A program made the position numbers and the translations under genes. Below are positions 1 to 8,333 of a stretch of 32,000 nucleotides of DNA, piece after piece. Numbering within the stretch: position 1 is the first letter of the stretch; each line of letters starts with the position of its first letter. Where the stretch lies: positions 4,200,001-4,232,000 of the forward strand of contig NZ_CP074694.1 of the NCBI RefSeq assembly GCF_018398935.1, in the 5' to 3' direction. Source of the DNA: Telmatocola sphagniphila. GTDB lineage: Bacteria > Planctomycetota > Planctomycetia > Gemmatales > Gemmataceae. The notes below the pieces were generated by a model. The model did no database searches. It was given only the letters and a program-made list of their open reading frames with translations, and was not told the origin of the DNA.

Positions 1-275
1 AAAAGGCAGCTTCCAATTCGGCCATAACGCGAAGTTTCCCGGTTGCATGGGATTCCGACTTTGGCATTTTATGAGGGCGGGGGTGGGAAACATACCCATA
101 GACGGAATCGAGTGGCGCGACTCATAACGTCGATTTGAATTTGACCTGTTTAATGAGAAGATTTTACCTATTTTAACGCCACATTTGTCCCAAGCTTCTT
201 ATTTCTGATATTCGATTCAACTTGCGCAGTCGATCCCTTCTGTATATTCGTCTAATTGATTGCGGGAGCCTGGCT

Positions 276-2000
276 ATGTCTGGTTTTACGGGAAGGCTAG
301 TACCGATTTTCGTTGTGTCGCTAATGCTGTGGCAGACGGGTCGGGCGCAGGAACTTCAGTCCGTAAAGATTGTGGCCGTGGGAAATAATCCGGCGGTCGA
401 TTTTCAGGAGCCCAAGAAAGACGCAGTCGATACCAAAACACCCAAAGTCGATCCGAAAGCCAAGACTGACGAGCCGAAAAAAGACAAGAAAGAGGATGCC
501 AAGGACAAGAAGGAGGCGAGCGTCATTCCGGATATTCCGGTGGTAGCATCGACCGATGCCTCGCAGTATTTGTCGAACCGGGCTCGCTATACCCCCACCA
601 TGCTCGGCGATCTGAACAGCCGATACACGACGGCGACTACACCCGTTCGAGTCCTATTAAAGGGGACGGCATTCAATGAATCGGTTTTGGGAGGAACCGG
701 GTTTATCACTTTACCCGGAACGCAGGAGAATCAAAAAGTCCCCATTACATTAGCTCAAAAACCGGTTCGTTATACCGTCGATTTGACCGCGGATTATTAC
801 GAACATTTGCGAATTCCCTATGTGGCCGCGGGGGCTTTCAAGATCTCCGAGAACGAAAGTCCGCGACCGTTGGATCGCATTTACGTGGATTACAACTACT
901 TCTCGAGTGTGTCTCGAGATGTAGTCAACATTCCGGGACAGATTACCGCAGCTCAGCTGACGAATTTCGGGATTCCCACGGCGGTCGGACCTCAGACTCC
1001 CATTGAAATTGCTGAATTCGCCAAGATCGCCAACTACTTCAAGCAGGCCAAAGGAATCAATGCCGCCGCATACAACGCTTACATTCAAGGGGTGCTGGTC
1101 AGCGGCGATGCACTGCATCCAAAGATCTCGGACCCGGCTCTGGGCAGTTTGATTAATGCCACGATCGCCGCGATCAAAGCGGCCAATCCGACGATCAAGT
1201 ATGGCCGACCGTTCCCGAACAGTATCCCGATCTACCAGACCGGTTCGATCACGGTCAGCGGCGGGCCGTTCGGTTCGAATCAGCCGATTACTATTGCACC
1301 AACCAACCTCAGTCAGCACGCGGATATCAATAGGGAAACCTTGGGATTTGAAAAAACCTTCCTGGACGGCGACGCCTCCTTCGGTATGCGTCTGCCCATT
1401 ATTCAGGTGGCTGGAATTGATGGTTCCAGCGAATTAGGCGATATCACGGCTATCTTTAAATACGCGTTCATTAATAATCTGGAAACAGGGAATCTTCTGT
1501 CGGGTGGTTTGGCCGTGACCGCACCGACCGGCCGATCGGCCAGCACGATAGATGGTTCGATCCACTCCACGCTCATTCAGCCTTACATGGGGGTGATTTA
1601 CAATTTAAGCGAAAAGTGGTTCGTGCATGGCTTTACGGGGATCCTGGTACCCACCGACTCACGCGATGTGACATTCTTGAGCAATGACTACGGCTTGGGC
1701 TATCGACTGTATCAGGCCGAGGATGCATCCAGTACGATTTCCTCGATTATTCCAACCCTGGAATTACATGTAACCTCGCCATTGAATCATCGCGACCAAT
1801 TCGAACCCGCGTTCATTCCGGATACGGTATCGCTAACCGGGGGCATCACTTTTGGAATTGGTGCTCGAACGAGTCTGGCAATTGCTGCCAATACTCCGTT
1901 AACAGGTCCCAAACCCTACGAATACGAACTGATGGTTCAATTGAACTACAACTTCGGTTCTCTGCCCCCGACCACGAACTACACTCCGATATCTCGCTAA
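276..2000 (+). CDS. secreted protein, probable outer-membrane beta-barrel protein with Lys/Asp-rich N-terminal linker
   Basis: Track ORF 222-2000. The ATG at 276 has GGGAG 7 nt upstream and gives a Sec-type signal, MSGFTGRLVPIFVVSLMLWQTGRAQE. A K/D/E-rich low-complexity segment spans 408-521. The motif KISENESPRPLDRIYVDYNYF and later amphipathic strand-like segments (GFEKTFLDGDASFGMRLP, ITAIFKYAFIN, YELMVQLNYNF) resemble planctomycete OM barrel proteins. The family call is from pattern memory only. Confidence 0.6.
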   Translation: MSGFTGRLVPIFVVSLMLWQTGRAQELQSVKIVAVGNNPAVDFQEPKKDAVDTKTPKVDPKAKTDEPKKDKKEDAKDKKEASVIPDIPVVASTDASQYLSNRARYTPTMLGDLNSRYTTATTPVRVLLKGTAFNESVLGGTGFITLPGTQENQKVPITLAQKPVRYTVDLTADYYEHLRIPYVAAGAFKISENESPRPLDRIYVDYNYFSSVSRDVVNIPGQITAAQLTNFGIPTAVGPQTPIEIAEFAKIANYFKQAKGINAAAYNAYIQGVLVSGDALHPKISDPALGSLINATIAAIKAANPTIKYGRPFPNSIPIYQTGSITVSGGPFGSNQPITIAPTNLSQHADINRETLGFEKTFLDGDASFGMRLPIIQVAGIDGSSELGDITAIFKYAFINNLETGNLLSGGLAVTAPTGRSASTIDGSIHSTLIQPYMGVIYNLSEKWFVHGFTGILVPTDSRDVTFLSNDYGLGYRLYQAEDASSTISSIIPTLELHVTSPLNHRDQFEPAFIPDTVSLTGGITFGIGARTSLAIAANTPLTGPKPYEYELMVQLNYNFGSLPPTTNYTPISR

Positions 2001-2006
2001 TTGGAT

Positions 2007-2639
2007 TTAGGGAGCAAGTCGTTCCCGAATCCAGACGCCATTTTCCAGACGATACCTCAATCGGTCGTGCAGACGGCTGGGTCGCCCCTGCCAGAATTCG
2101 AAGGCATCCGGTACCAGCCGATAGCCACCCCAGTGTGGCGGCTTGGGGATATTATCGCCGAACCGGGCCTTCAATTCGGCTTCCTTCTTTTCCAGCACAT
2201 CGCGACCGGCAATGACCGAGCTTTGTTCCGAGATCCAAGCCCCCAACCGGCTACCGACGGGCCGGGAATGGAAATATCGCTCCGATTCCTCTTCGCTGGT
2301 TTTGACGACTCGCCCTTCAATGCGTACCTGTCTTTCCAGTTCGACCCAGTAGAAGACCATGGCCGCGAAGGGGTTGTGATCGAGTTCATTACCCTTACGA
2401 CTGCAGTAGTTCGTGAAAAAGACGAATCCTTTGTGATTGCATTCCTTCAAAAGAAGTATCCGGGCGGCCGGGCGGCCTTCCGGGGATACCGTGGCCAGGG
2501 TCATGGCCGTCGCTTCCGGATGGTGTGCATCGACCGCCTGATGCAGCCATTTCAAAAACTGATTGATCGGATCGACATCGGCTTCCGATTCCAGCAATCC
2601 GCCTCGTTGATATTCCTTGCGTAAATCAGCAATTGTCAT
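2007..2639 (-). CDS. pdxH: pyridoxamine 5'-phosphate oxidase
   Basis: 210 aa. Motifs [31 protein letters not shown] and the C-terminal [27 protein letters not shown] are the classic PdxH signature. ATG at 2639. Confidence 0.95.
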   Translation of the reverse strand: MTIADLRKEYQRGGLLESEADVDPINQFLKWLHQAVDAHHPEATAMTLATVSPEGRPAARILLLKECNHKGFVFFTNYCSRKGNELDHNPFAAMVFYWVELERQVRIEGRVVKTSEEESERYFHSRPVGSRLGAWISEQSSVIAGRDVLEKKEAELKARFGDNIPKPPHWGGYRLVPDAFEFWQGRPSRLHDRLRYRLENGVWIRERLAP

Positions 2640-2749
2640 CGCCGTGACTCGCTTCAGTAAGTTTCAGATCACGGAGATATTGTAGGCGAGAAATCAATCG
2701 TTTCGGCGGATGTTTCGTTAGCCAAATCCCAAAATGAACTCAGCGCAGG

Positions 2750-3532
2750 CTATTTCAAATCCTTACTCAGCATCGTCGGGCACCAGTTCTGTTCGATGAA
2801 TTGGATGATACGCTCTGTACCATCCTCGTGCGAAACGAAAGGACTGCTTTTTGGGCTGTACATCGCGTCGGTGAGATCGCGCACCAGAATGCATTTTTTC
2901 CCGGAACGGGTCATCGATTTGATAGCAAAGGAACGATTAAGCACACACATATTAGTGTGAACGCCCATCATTAGAAGCGTGTCGATATTCTTCGCCTGCA
3001 TCAGAGCGTAGACCTCGCTCCCATCGGCGGATACGTAATCTTTCGCCTCGTCTACCGTCAGTGCGGGATGCTGACGCTTCCAGGCGATATAGGGCTTCAC
3101 CGGATTGGGATCGTCGCAGCCGCCATCTCGATCGTCGACGGGACAAGGCGGGTCGGGGAGATTCACACTGACCGGTATCTTCGTCTTCGGCAGATCCAGC
3201 ATTCGCTTGCGGGCCGGGGAATCCTTGTAGTAGGCCATGCAGTCTGACGGGGCATGCACGATGGTGATGCCTTTTTTTCGGGCCGCCTGTAAAACCGGTT
3301 CCATCTTCGCGGCCAGGGCGCCGCATCGTTCCGTCGCTTTATCGCACCAGTGTTTATCCCACATGTCGCAAATGACGATCAGAGTTTTCGAAGGATCCAG
3401 CTTCTCTGATACCAGAACTTCTTTCGTCGTGGTTTGATTTTTGAAGGGAGCGACTCGAGTACGCAACTCGACAGGAATCTCTTCAGCAAAAGCAGCCGTT
3501 GGGCAGAATAGAAAGAGTAGGATTCGCAGCAT
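2750..3532 (-). CDS. secreted isochorismatase-family cysteine hydrolase
   Basis: Track ORF 2750-3535 begins with TTG. The ATG one codon in (3532) has GAGGAG 8 nt upstream. Signal peptide MLRILLFLFCPTAAFAEE. Isochorismatase-like elements are LIVICDMWDKHW (Asp), GITIVHAP and LLMMGVHTNMCVLNRSF (nucleophile Cys). Confidence 0.7.
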   Translation of the reverse strand: MLRILLFLFCPTAAFAEEIPVELRTRVAPFKNQTTTKEVLVSEKLDPSKTLIVICDMWDKHWCDKATERCGALAAKMEPVLQAARKKGITIVHAPSDCMAYYKDSPARKRMLDLPKTKIPVSVNLPDPPCPVDDRDGGCDDPNPVKPYIAWKRQHPALTVDEAKDYVSADGSEVYALMQAKNIDTLLMMGVHTNMCVLNRSFAIKSMTRSGKKCILVRDLTDAMYSPKSSPFVSHEDGTERIIQFIEQNWCPTMLSKDLK

Positions 3533-3537
3533 CAATA

Positions 3538-3575
3538 AGTCTCCTCAAGTCGAAAATGATCTACTCGGGGAGACT
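3538..3575 (-). promoter_or_regulatory. intercistronic hairpin that pairs the SD of the hydrolase gene (AGTCTCC/GGAGACT)
   Basis: Perfect 7-bp inverted repeat, 3538-3544 with 3569-3575, and a 24-nt loop. On the minus strand the 3' arm GGAGACT overlaps the GAGGAG SD and ends 5 nt before the ATG at 3532. Confidence 0.3.
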
Positions 3576-3605
3576 ATCACATCGGGATTAATGGAGCCAA
3601 CAAAA

Positions 3606-5228
3606 TCAACCGAACCAGGCGGGCATCTGCCCGGCCGGAGGCAACTTGATGACATTCATAGTCTGAATTTTCTCGTGAGCCTTCACGGCCTTTAAAGCCG
3701 CTTCAGGAGGTGTGCTGTCCAGATTCAAGAACGCTACCGCTTCGCCGCCGGGGGTCATTCGACCCAGAATCATAGAGGCAATATTCACATTGTTATTTCC
3801 GAAGATGCTACCGACAAACCCGATCAGGCCGGGCACATCGCGATGCGTGAAGGCAAAGAGTATGCCATCGAGGAAGGCCTCCAGGCGCCATTCATTCCAC
3901 TGCACCAGACGCAGGTACTGGTTGCCAAACAGAGTTCCGCTGGCCATGTTCGATTTGCCCTCGGAAGTGTGAACGGTAGTCTGTAAGAGGTTAGCGAAAT
4001 CCCCTTTGGACGGATTGGAGGATTCCACAATTTCGATGCCGCGCTCGCTGGCCAGCAGCACCGCATTAACGATGTTAGCCCCACCTTCGAGATAAGATTC
4101 CAACAAACCGGCCGCGAAAGCCGCCGTGAGCAACTTGGTATTCTTTCGGGCCAGATCCCCTTTAAAAACCAGTTCGGCTTTCTGAATCGCCCCGTTAGCC
4201 ATCTGAGCCTGCAGCAAACCGAGACGCCGGGCCAGGTCGACGTACTGCCGGATCTCTTCGAGTTCCGCTCGATTCACTGCAGCCATATTCACGGCAAATT
4301 GGACGATCCCTTTATTCAGAAAATCCACCAGCAACTGCGAGGCCTCGACACCGACCGCCTCCTGAGCTTCAACGGTGGAAGCGCCGAGGTGGGGAGTCAA
4401 AACCGTGTTTGGAGCAGACAATATCGGATTATCCGCGGGAGGTGGCTCTTCTGTAAACACATCGAGACCTGCCCCGGCAATGTGTCCGCTTTGCAAAGCT
4501 TCGCTCAAAGCCCGTTCGTCGATAATTCCACCACGAGCCACGTTCAACACCCGCGCCCCTTTGGGAAGCAGGGCCAACTCCCGGGCACCAATCAGACTCT
4601 TCGTCTCGTCGTTCAGTGGCGTGTGAATGGTCAGAAACTGCACCATGGGTAGCATCTGATCGATATTCGCCACCGCCGTGATGCCGAGTTCCTTGGCTCG
4701 ATCCGATGATAGAAACGGATCGTAGCCGACGATTTTCATATCCAAGCCCTGACAGCGCTTGGCCACTTCCCGGCCGATACGACCCAGACCGATGATACCG
4801 ATCAATTTCCCGGCCAGTTGGGTGCCGACGAACTTATTTCGCTCCCACTTACCTGCTTTCATGCTGGCATGAGCCGCGGGTATCGGACGGACCAGACTCA
4901 TCAAAAGAGCAATAGTCTGCTCAGCGGCAGAAACGGTGTTTCCGCCGGGCGTGTTCATCACCACGATGCCCTTTCGAGTCGCGGCGGCGACGTCGATATT
5001 ATCGACGCCCACCCCGGCTCGAACGATCGCTCGAAGCTTACCTGGGTTCTCCAGTAATTCGGCGGTAATTTTGGTTCCCGAGCGCAGGATAGCACCATCG
5101 GCATTGCGCAGCGCCGCCTGAAGCTCGTCCCCTTTCAGACCGGGTCGGTTGTCGATTTCCAGGCCACCCGATTTTAAAATCTCAAGTCCTTGGCCTTCCA
5201 ACTTGTCACAGAGCAGAACTTTCGGCAT
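3606..5228 (-). CDS. serA: D-3-phosphoglycerate dehydrogenase, long (type I) form with C-terminal regulatory domains
   Basis: 540 aa. NAD-binding motif GKLIGIIGLGRIGREVAKR. 2-hydroxyacid dehydrogenase core NVARGGIIDE...LDVF..EP...TPHLGAST. About 200 aa of C-terminal extension is typical of ASB+ACT-containing SerA. AAGGAAG SD upstream of the ATG at 5228. Confidence 0.95.
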   Translation of the reverse strand: MPKVLLCDKLEGQGLEILKSGGLEIDNRPGLKGDELQAALRNADGAILRSGTKITAELLENPGKLRAIVRAGVGVDNIDVAAATRKGIVVMNTPGGNTVSAAEQTIALLMSLVRPIPAAHASMKAGKWERNKFVGTQLAGKLIGIIGLGRIGREVAKRCQGLDMKIVGYDPFLSSDRAKELGITAVANIDQMLPMVQFLTIHTPLNDETKSLIGARELALLPKGARVLNVARGGIIDERALSEALQSGHIAGAGLDVFTEEPPPADNPILSAPNTVLTPHLGASTVEAQEAVGVEASQLLVDFLNKGIVQFAVNMAAVNRAELEEIRQYVDLARRLGLLQAQMANGAIQKAELVFKGDLARKNTKLLTAAFAAGLLESYLEGGANIVNAVLLASERGIEIVESSNPSKGDFANLLQTTVHTSEGKSNMASGTLFGNQYLRLVQWNEWRLEAFLDGILFAFTHRDVPGLIGFVGSIFGNNNVNIASMILGRMTPGGEAVAFLNLDSTPPEAALKAVKAHEKIQTMNVIKLPPAGQMPAWFG

Positions 5229-5292
5229 TCGCGTCTTCCTTCGCGGTGGGGTTAAGCGGCAGAAACTAACAGTTACGAAGTATCAAACGAAA

Positions 5293-6426
5293 TTAACTGG
5301 CCAGTTTCTTCTGAAAGGCGGCCACACCTGCTCCCGGTTCGAGTTTGAAACCACTTTTCAGTAGCGTCAATTCGAGAGCCGACAGAGCCCCGAGAACATC
5401 GAAAGGATCGCACCAGCCCATATGACTGAGCCGCCAGATCTGTCCTTTAAGATTGTCCTGTCCATCCGCCAGTTTATAGCCGTACTGCTTTTCGAGAGCC
5501 TTGAGTGTGGCGCTGCCGTCGATGCCCTCGGGAACGACGATAACCGTCAAGGCATTATTGGGCCGTTGAGCAAACAGCTTCAGGCCCATGGCGGTAATCG
5601 CTGCCCGGGTGGCCTCGGCCATCTTCGCATGCCGCGCCCAGAGATTTTCGATTCCCTCGGCACGGATCCTCTTCAAGCTGAGCCGCTGGGCTTTGATGAG
5701 CGTGTTGGCCGGCGTAAAGGGAGTATCGTTCTCGGCAATTTTGGCTTTATATCGTTTGAGATCGAAGTAAAAAGAACGCGTTGCGGTATTGGATTCGATC
5801 ACCTTCCAGGCTTTGTCGCTCACCGAGACGTAAGCCAGTCCAGGGGGCATCATCAGGGCTTTCTGCGAACCGCTGACGTTGATATCGATCTGCCATTCAT
5901 CGGTTTTGCAAACCATGGCCCCCAATCCGGAGATGGAATCGACGCAGAGAAGGGCCTTTGTTCCGGCGACAATTTTGCCATAGGCTTCGATATCGTGCCC
6001 TACGCCCGTGGAAGTTTCACTCAATGTGGCATAAACCGCCACCGTGTCGGGATTCTTTTCGAGAGCCTCTTTCAACAACTGGGGATCGACAGCGCTCCCG
6101 TAGGGTTGCTCCACAATTACCAGATTAGCCCCAAAGGCTTTTAAAACGCCCCGCCAGCGTTCGCCCCAGCGACCCGCCGTGAGCAGAATCGCCTTCTGTC
6201 CTGGGGCAAGAACATTAGAAACGGCCGCTTCCATTCCGCCGGTGCCCGAACTGGTCAGCACGATGACCGGATTCTTGGTCTGGAAGACATATTTCAGATC
6301 TTCCATCACTTCATTGAGCGCCGCTTTTTGTTCCGCTGTCCGGTGATAGGTCACCGGCTTGGCGAGTTCCAAAAGCGTCTCTTCCGGTACGGGGGTCGGG
6401 CCAGGCGTAAACAGACGAGGCTTCAT
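5293..6426 (-). CDS. class-V (AGXT/serine-pyruvate type) PLP aminotransferase, candidate phosphoserine aminotransferase
   Basis: 377 aa. N-terminus LFTPGPTPVPEETL. PLP-lysine motif VSGSQKALMMPPGL. GGAAGGA SD. It lies immediately upstream of serA on the same strand (64-nt gap). Confidence 0.9.
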   Translation of the reverse strand: MKPRLFTPGPTPVPEETLLELAKPVTYHRTAEQKAALNEVMEDLKYVFQTKNPVIVLTSSGTGGMEAAVSNVLAPGQKAILLTAGRWGERWRGVLKAFGANLVIVEQPYGSAVDPQLLKEALEKNPDTVAVYATLSETSTGVGHDIEAYGKIVAGTKALLCVDSISGLGAMVCKTDEWQIDINVSGSQKALMMPPGLAYVSVSDKAWKVIESNTATRSFYFDLKRYKAKIAENDTPFTPANTLIKAQRLSLKRIRAEGIENLWARHAKMAEATRAAITAMGLKLFAQRPNNALTVIVVPEGIDGSATLKALEKQYGYKLADGQDNLKGQIWRLSHMGWCDPFDVLGALSALELTLLKSGFKLEPGAGVAAFQKKLAS

Positions 6427-6502
6427 ATTCCGCTAATCCTTCCAGCGAAGAGGATAATTCAGATCGTTATTGTAAGGATTCGAGAAATCCGAAAAGGGCT
6501 CG

Positions 6503-6544
6503 CGCAAAAATGAGATACTGGGCAACTTGAAGGGTGTTGCCCAG
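6503..6544 (-). terminator. rho-independent terminator candidate after the 156-aa gene
   Basis: Perfect 9-bp stem CTGGGCAAC (6518-6526) / GTTGCCCAG (6536-6544) with a 9-nt loop. On the minus strand it is followed by UAUCUCAUUUUU. It starts 24 nt after the stop at 6568. Confidence 0.5.
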
Positions 6545-6567
6545 GAGTTTTCTAAAATGAGGTTTAA

Positions 6568-7038
6568 TTAACGGGCAGTAGAAGCACGAGCGGCCCGAAT
6601 TCTTTCGAGCAGATTGTTTCGAGAATTCACAGTGTTCGGTGACGGGTTTTCCCCGGCCGGTTGCAGAGGAGGCAATGGAGGACGCGGCAGCAGTTCGGTG
6701 GGCGGCGCCGCTTCAATTTCGGTCTGTTTCGCGGCTTCGCTCGCCTTCAAGGCCAGATCGGGGAACATCGTTCGCAGTTCATCGATTTTGACGAATTTTT
6801 CCCATCGCAGATAGGAAATATTACTTAAGGGCACAAAGAACGCCCGGCCTTCCTCGGTCTGACCTGCCAGTCGACCGCGAAAAACTAGATATTTGACATC
6901 CGTTCGAACCACCGTATCGAGGCAGATTTCATTGCCGTTTGACAAAACAACTACAAATTGGCCGATTTGATCTGGGGGCATCAGTGCCAGAATGGCCTTC
7001 CAATCTTCTCCGTTCATGGATTCCATGGGATCGCTCAT
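6568..7038 (-). CDS. hypothetical protein (globular N-domain plus Pro-rich tail)
   Basis: 156-aa ORF with balanced composition, then PPTELLPRPPLPPLQPAGENPSP and a basic C-terminus. A terminator follows it. No family recognised. The start is uncertain (M1/M5/M8). Confidence 0.55.
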   Translation of the reverse strand: MSDPMESMNGEDWKAILALMPPDQIGQFVVVLSNGNEICLDTVVRTDVKYLVFRGRLAGQTEEGRAFFVPLSNISYLRWEKFVKIDELRTMFPDLALKASEAAKQTEIEAAPPTELLPRPPLPPLQPAGENPSPNTVNSRNNLLERIRAARASTAR

Positions 7039-7152
7039 CTCCGTCTCAGAACTCTAGTATCTACCTTGACTCTACTTCAGAAAAGTTCGGAGTGCACAGA
7101 AATTAGGAGCCAGAATCTCAACTATTTCCGGCTACCCATCTCTCGTCAGGCC

Positions 7153-8112
7153 TTAATGTTGCGACACAGACAAAAACTGTTCGTAATAACCCGCCATTTG
7201 CCGGACTGTGCCATCCGGATCGGTTTTTCGCATCTGCTGCAGTCGTTCTGCAAATTCCGAGACATTGCGCTCGGCCGCCACCCGGACCGTGCCCAGGCGT
7301 ACGGCCGCATTGGAATCCCGGCTGAGTCTTTCCAGCCAGCGGACATCCAGTTCCCGATCTCTTCTCAAGTCCAGGAGCAGATCCAATCTTTCGCGGGGAT
7401 CGGGATGGGAAATTCGTCTCGCCAGCCGAATCATTTCTTCGTCCAAGCCTCGCGTTTTCAGGCAGGATTCGCAAATGGCACTGATCTCGGGATCTTTGTC
7501 GTGCAAAAATGGAATCAGGGATTCGGTATCCAGGCAATCCCGACCCGTTTCCGAACCGGGTCCCACCAGAAGCAGGGCCATTTGGCGAACCTCTTTTTCC
7601 GAGTCTTTCAAGCGGAGCAAAACCAACTCGGGATGCTCAGGAACCTTGTGACGTACTGCGGAAACGACTTCCTTTCGCAGTACGGCATCCCCCTTTTTCC
7701 AGGGATCCAGTGCGACGACATATTTAGTGCGAAGCAATTCGGGTAAGAGATCCTGGATTATCTTTTGCGATTCCTCAGGGCAAACCGAATGAATTTCCGA
7801 GATGCAGGAAATCAGCTGATCCGCCATCTCCGGTTGCTCTCCCCAGACCGGGAGAACGGCTTTCAGGATCCGACCGGCCGCTTGGCGTTTCGAACTTTCT
7901 TGGGATTTCAATGAATTCAAAATCCGATCCAGCCCGACTTGTCCCCGACTGGCGAAATTGATGGCAAGCTTGGGGTCGATTTCCGAGACGCTCTGCAGGC
8001 GGTACCAGTCATACTCGAGTTTCAGCGCGTCGTACTTCCAGAGAGCGAGGCCCGCCGCAAGCAATATACCACTAAATCCAACAAACAGAACGCGCTTCGA
8101 TAGCAACTTCAT
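7153..8112 (-). CDS. membrane-anchored HEAT-repeat protein
   Basis: Track ORF runs to 8148, but the ATG at 8112 has GGAGGG exactly 6 nt upstream. N-terminal TM segment VLFVGFSGILLAAGLALW. Recurrent HEAT-like units (DSEKEVRQMALLLV, HPDPRERLDLLLDL, DSNAAVRLGTVRVAAE). Confidence 0.7.
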   Translation of the reverse strand: MKLLSKRVLFVGFSGILLAAGLALWKYDALKLEYDWYRLQSVSEIDPKLAINFASRGQVGLDRILNSLKSQESSKRQAAGRILKAVLPVWGEQPEMADQLISCISEIHSVCPEESQKIIQDLLPELLRTKYVVALDPWKKGDAVLRKEVVSAVRHKVPEHPELVLLRLKDSEKEVRQMALLLVGPGSETGRDCLDTESLIPFLHDKDPEISAICESCLKTRGLDEEMIRLARRISHPDPRERLDLLLDLRRDRELDVRWLERLSRDSNAAVRLGTVRVAAERNVSEFAERLQQMRKTDPDGTVRQMAGYYEQFLSVSQH

Positions 8113-8333
8113 GGGGATCCCTCCGCTGAGAGTGAGTAATTCTTTCAAAAATTCCCTCTCTCGGCAAGACCAACCCAGCGGCGAGGATCCGCACTTCCGC
8201 CATTAAATTTGCCCGGGCCGCGAGTTCTCCAGGCAGGAATGGAAAGATTGCCTCCCGTTTGGCACTACCCCGATTCCCCGACAACCTCTATAAATCCTTG
8301 ACGTTCTCACACCTGATTCAGGAAGCGATTTCC

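Noticed and set aside
1-67. Possible 5' end of a minus-strand gene running off the left edge (ATG at 67: MPKSESHATGKLRVMAELEAAF...)
   Set aside because: Only 22 codons are visible and there is no recognisable motif, so coding status and product cannot be supported.
5422-6144. 240-aa plus-strand ORF opposite the aminotransferase. Similar long antisense ORFs occur at 2001-2624, 6958-7746, 9615-10136, 15256-15792, 17486-18046 and 24125-24844.
   Set aside because: Each overlaps a gene with unambiguous family motifs on the other strand (pdxH, HEAT protein, lipoprotein, panB, rnr, kinase/FNR). They have skewed R/G/F-rich composition with no SD or recognisable domain.
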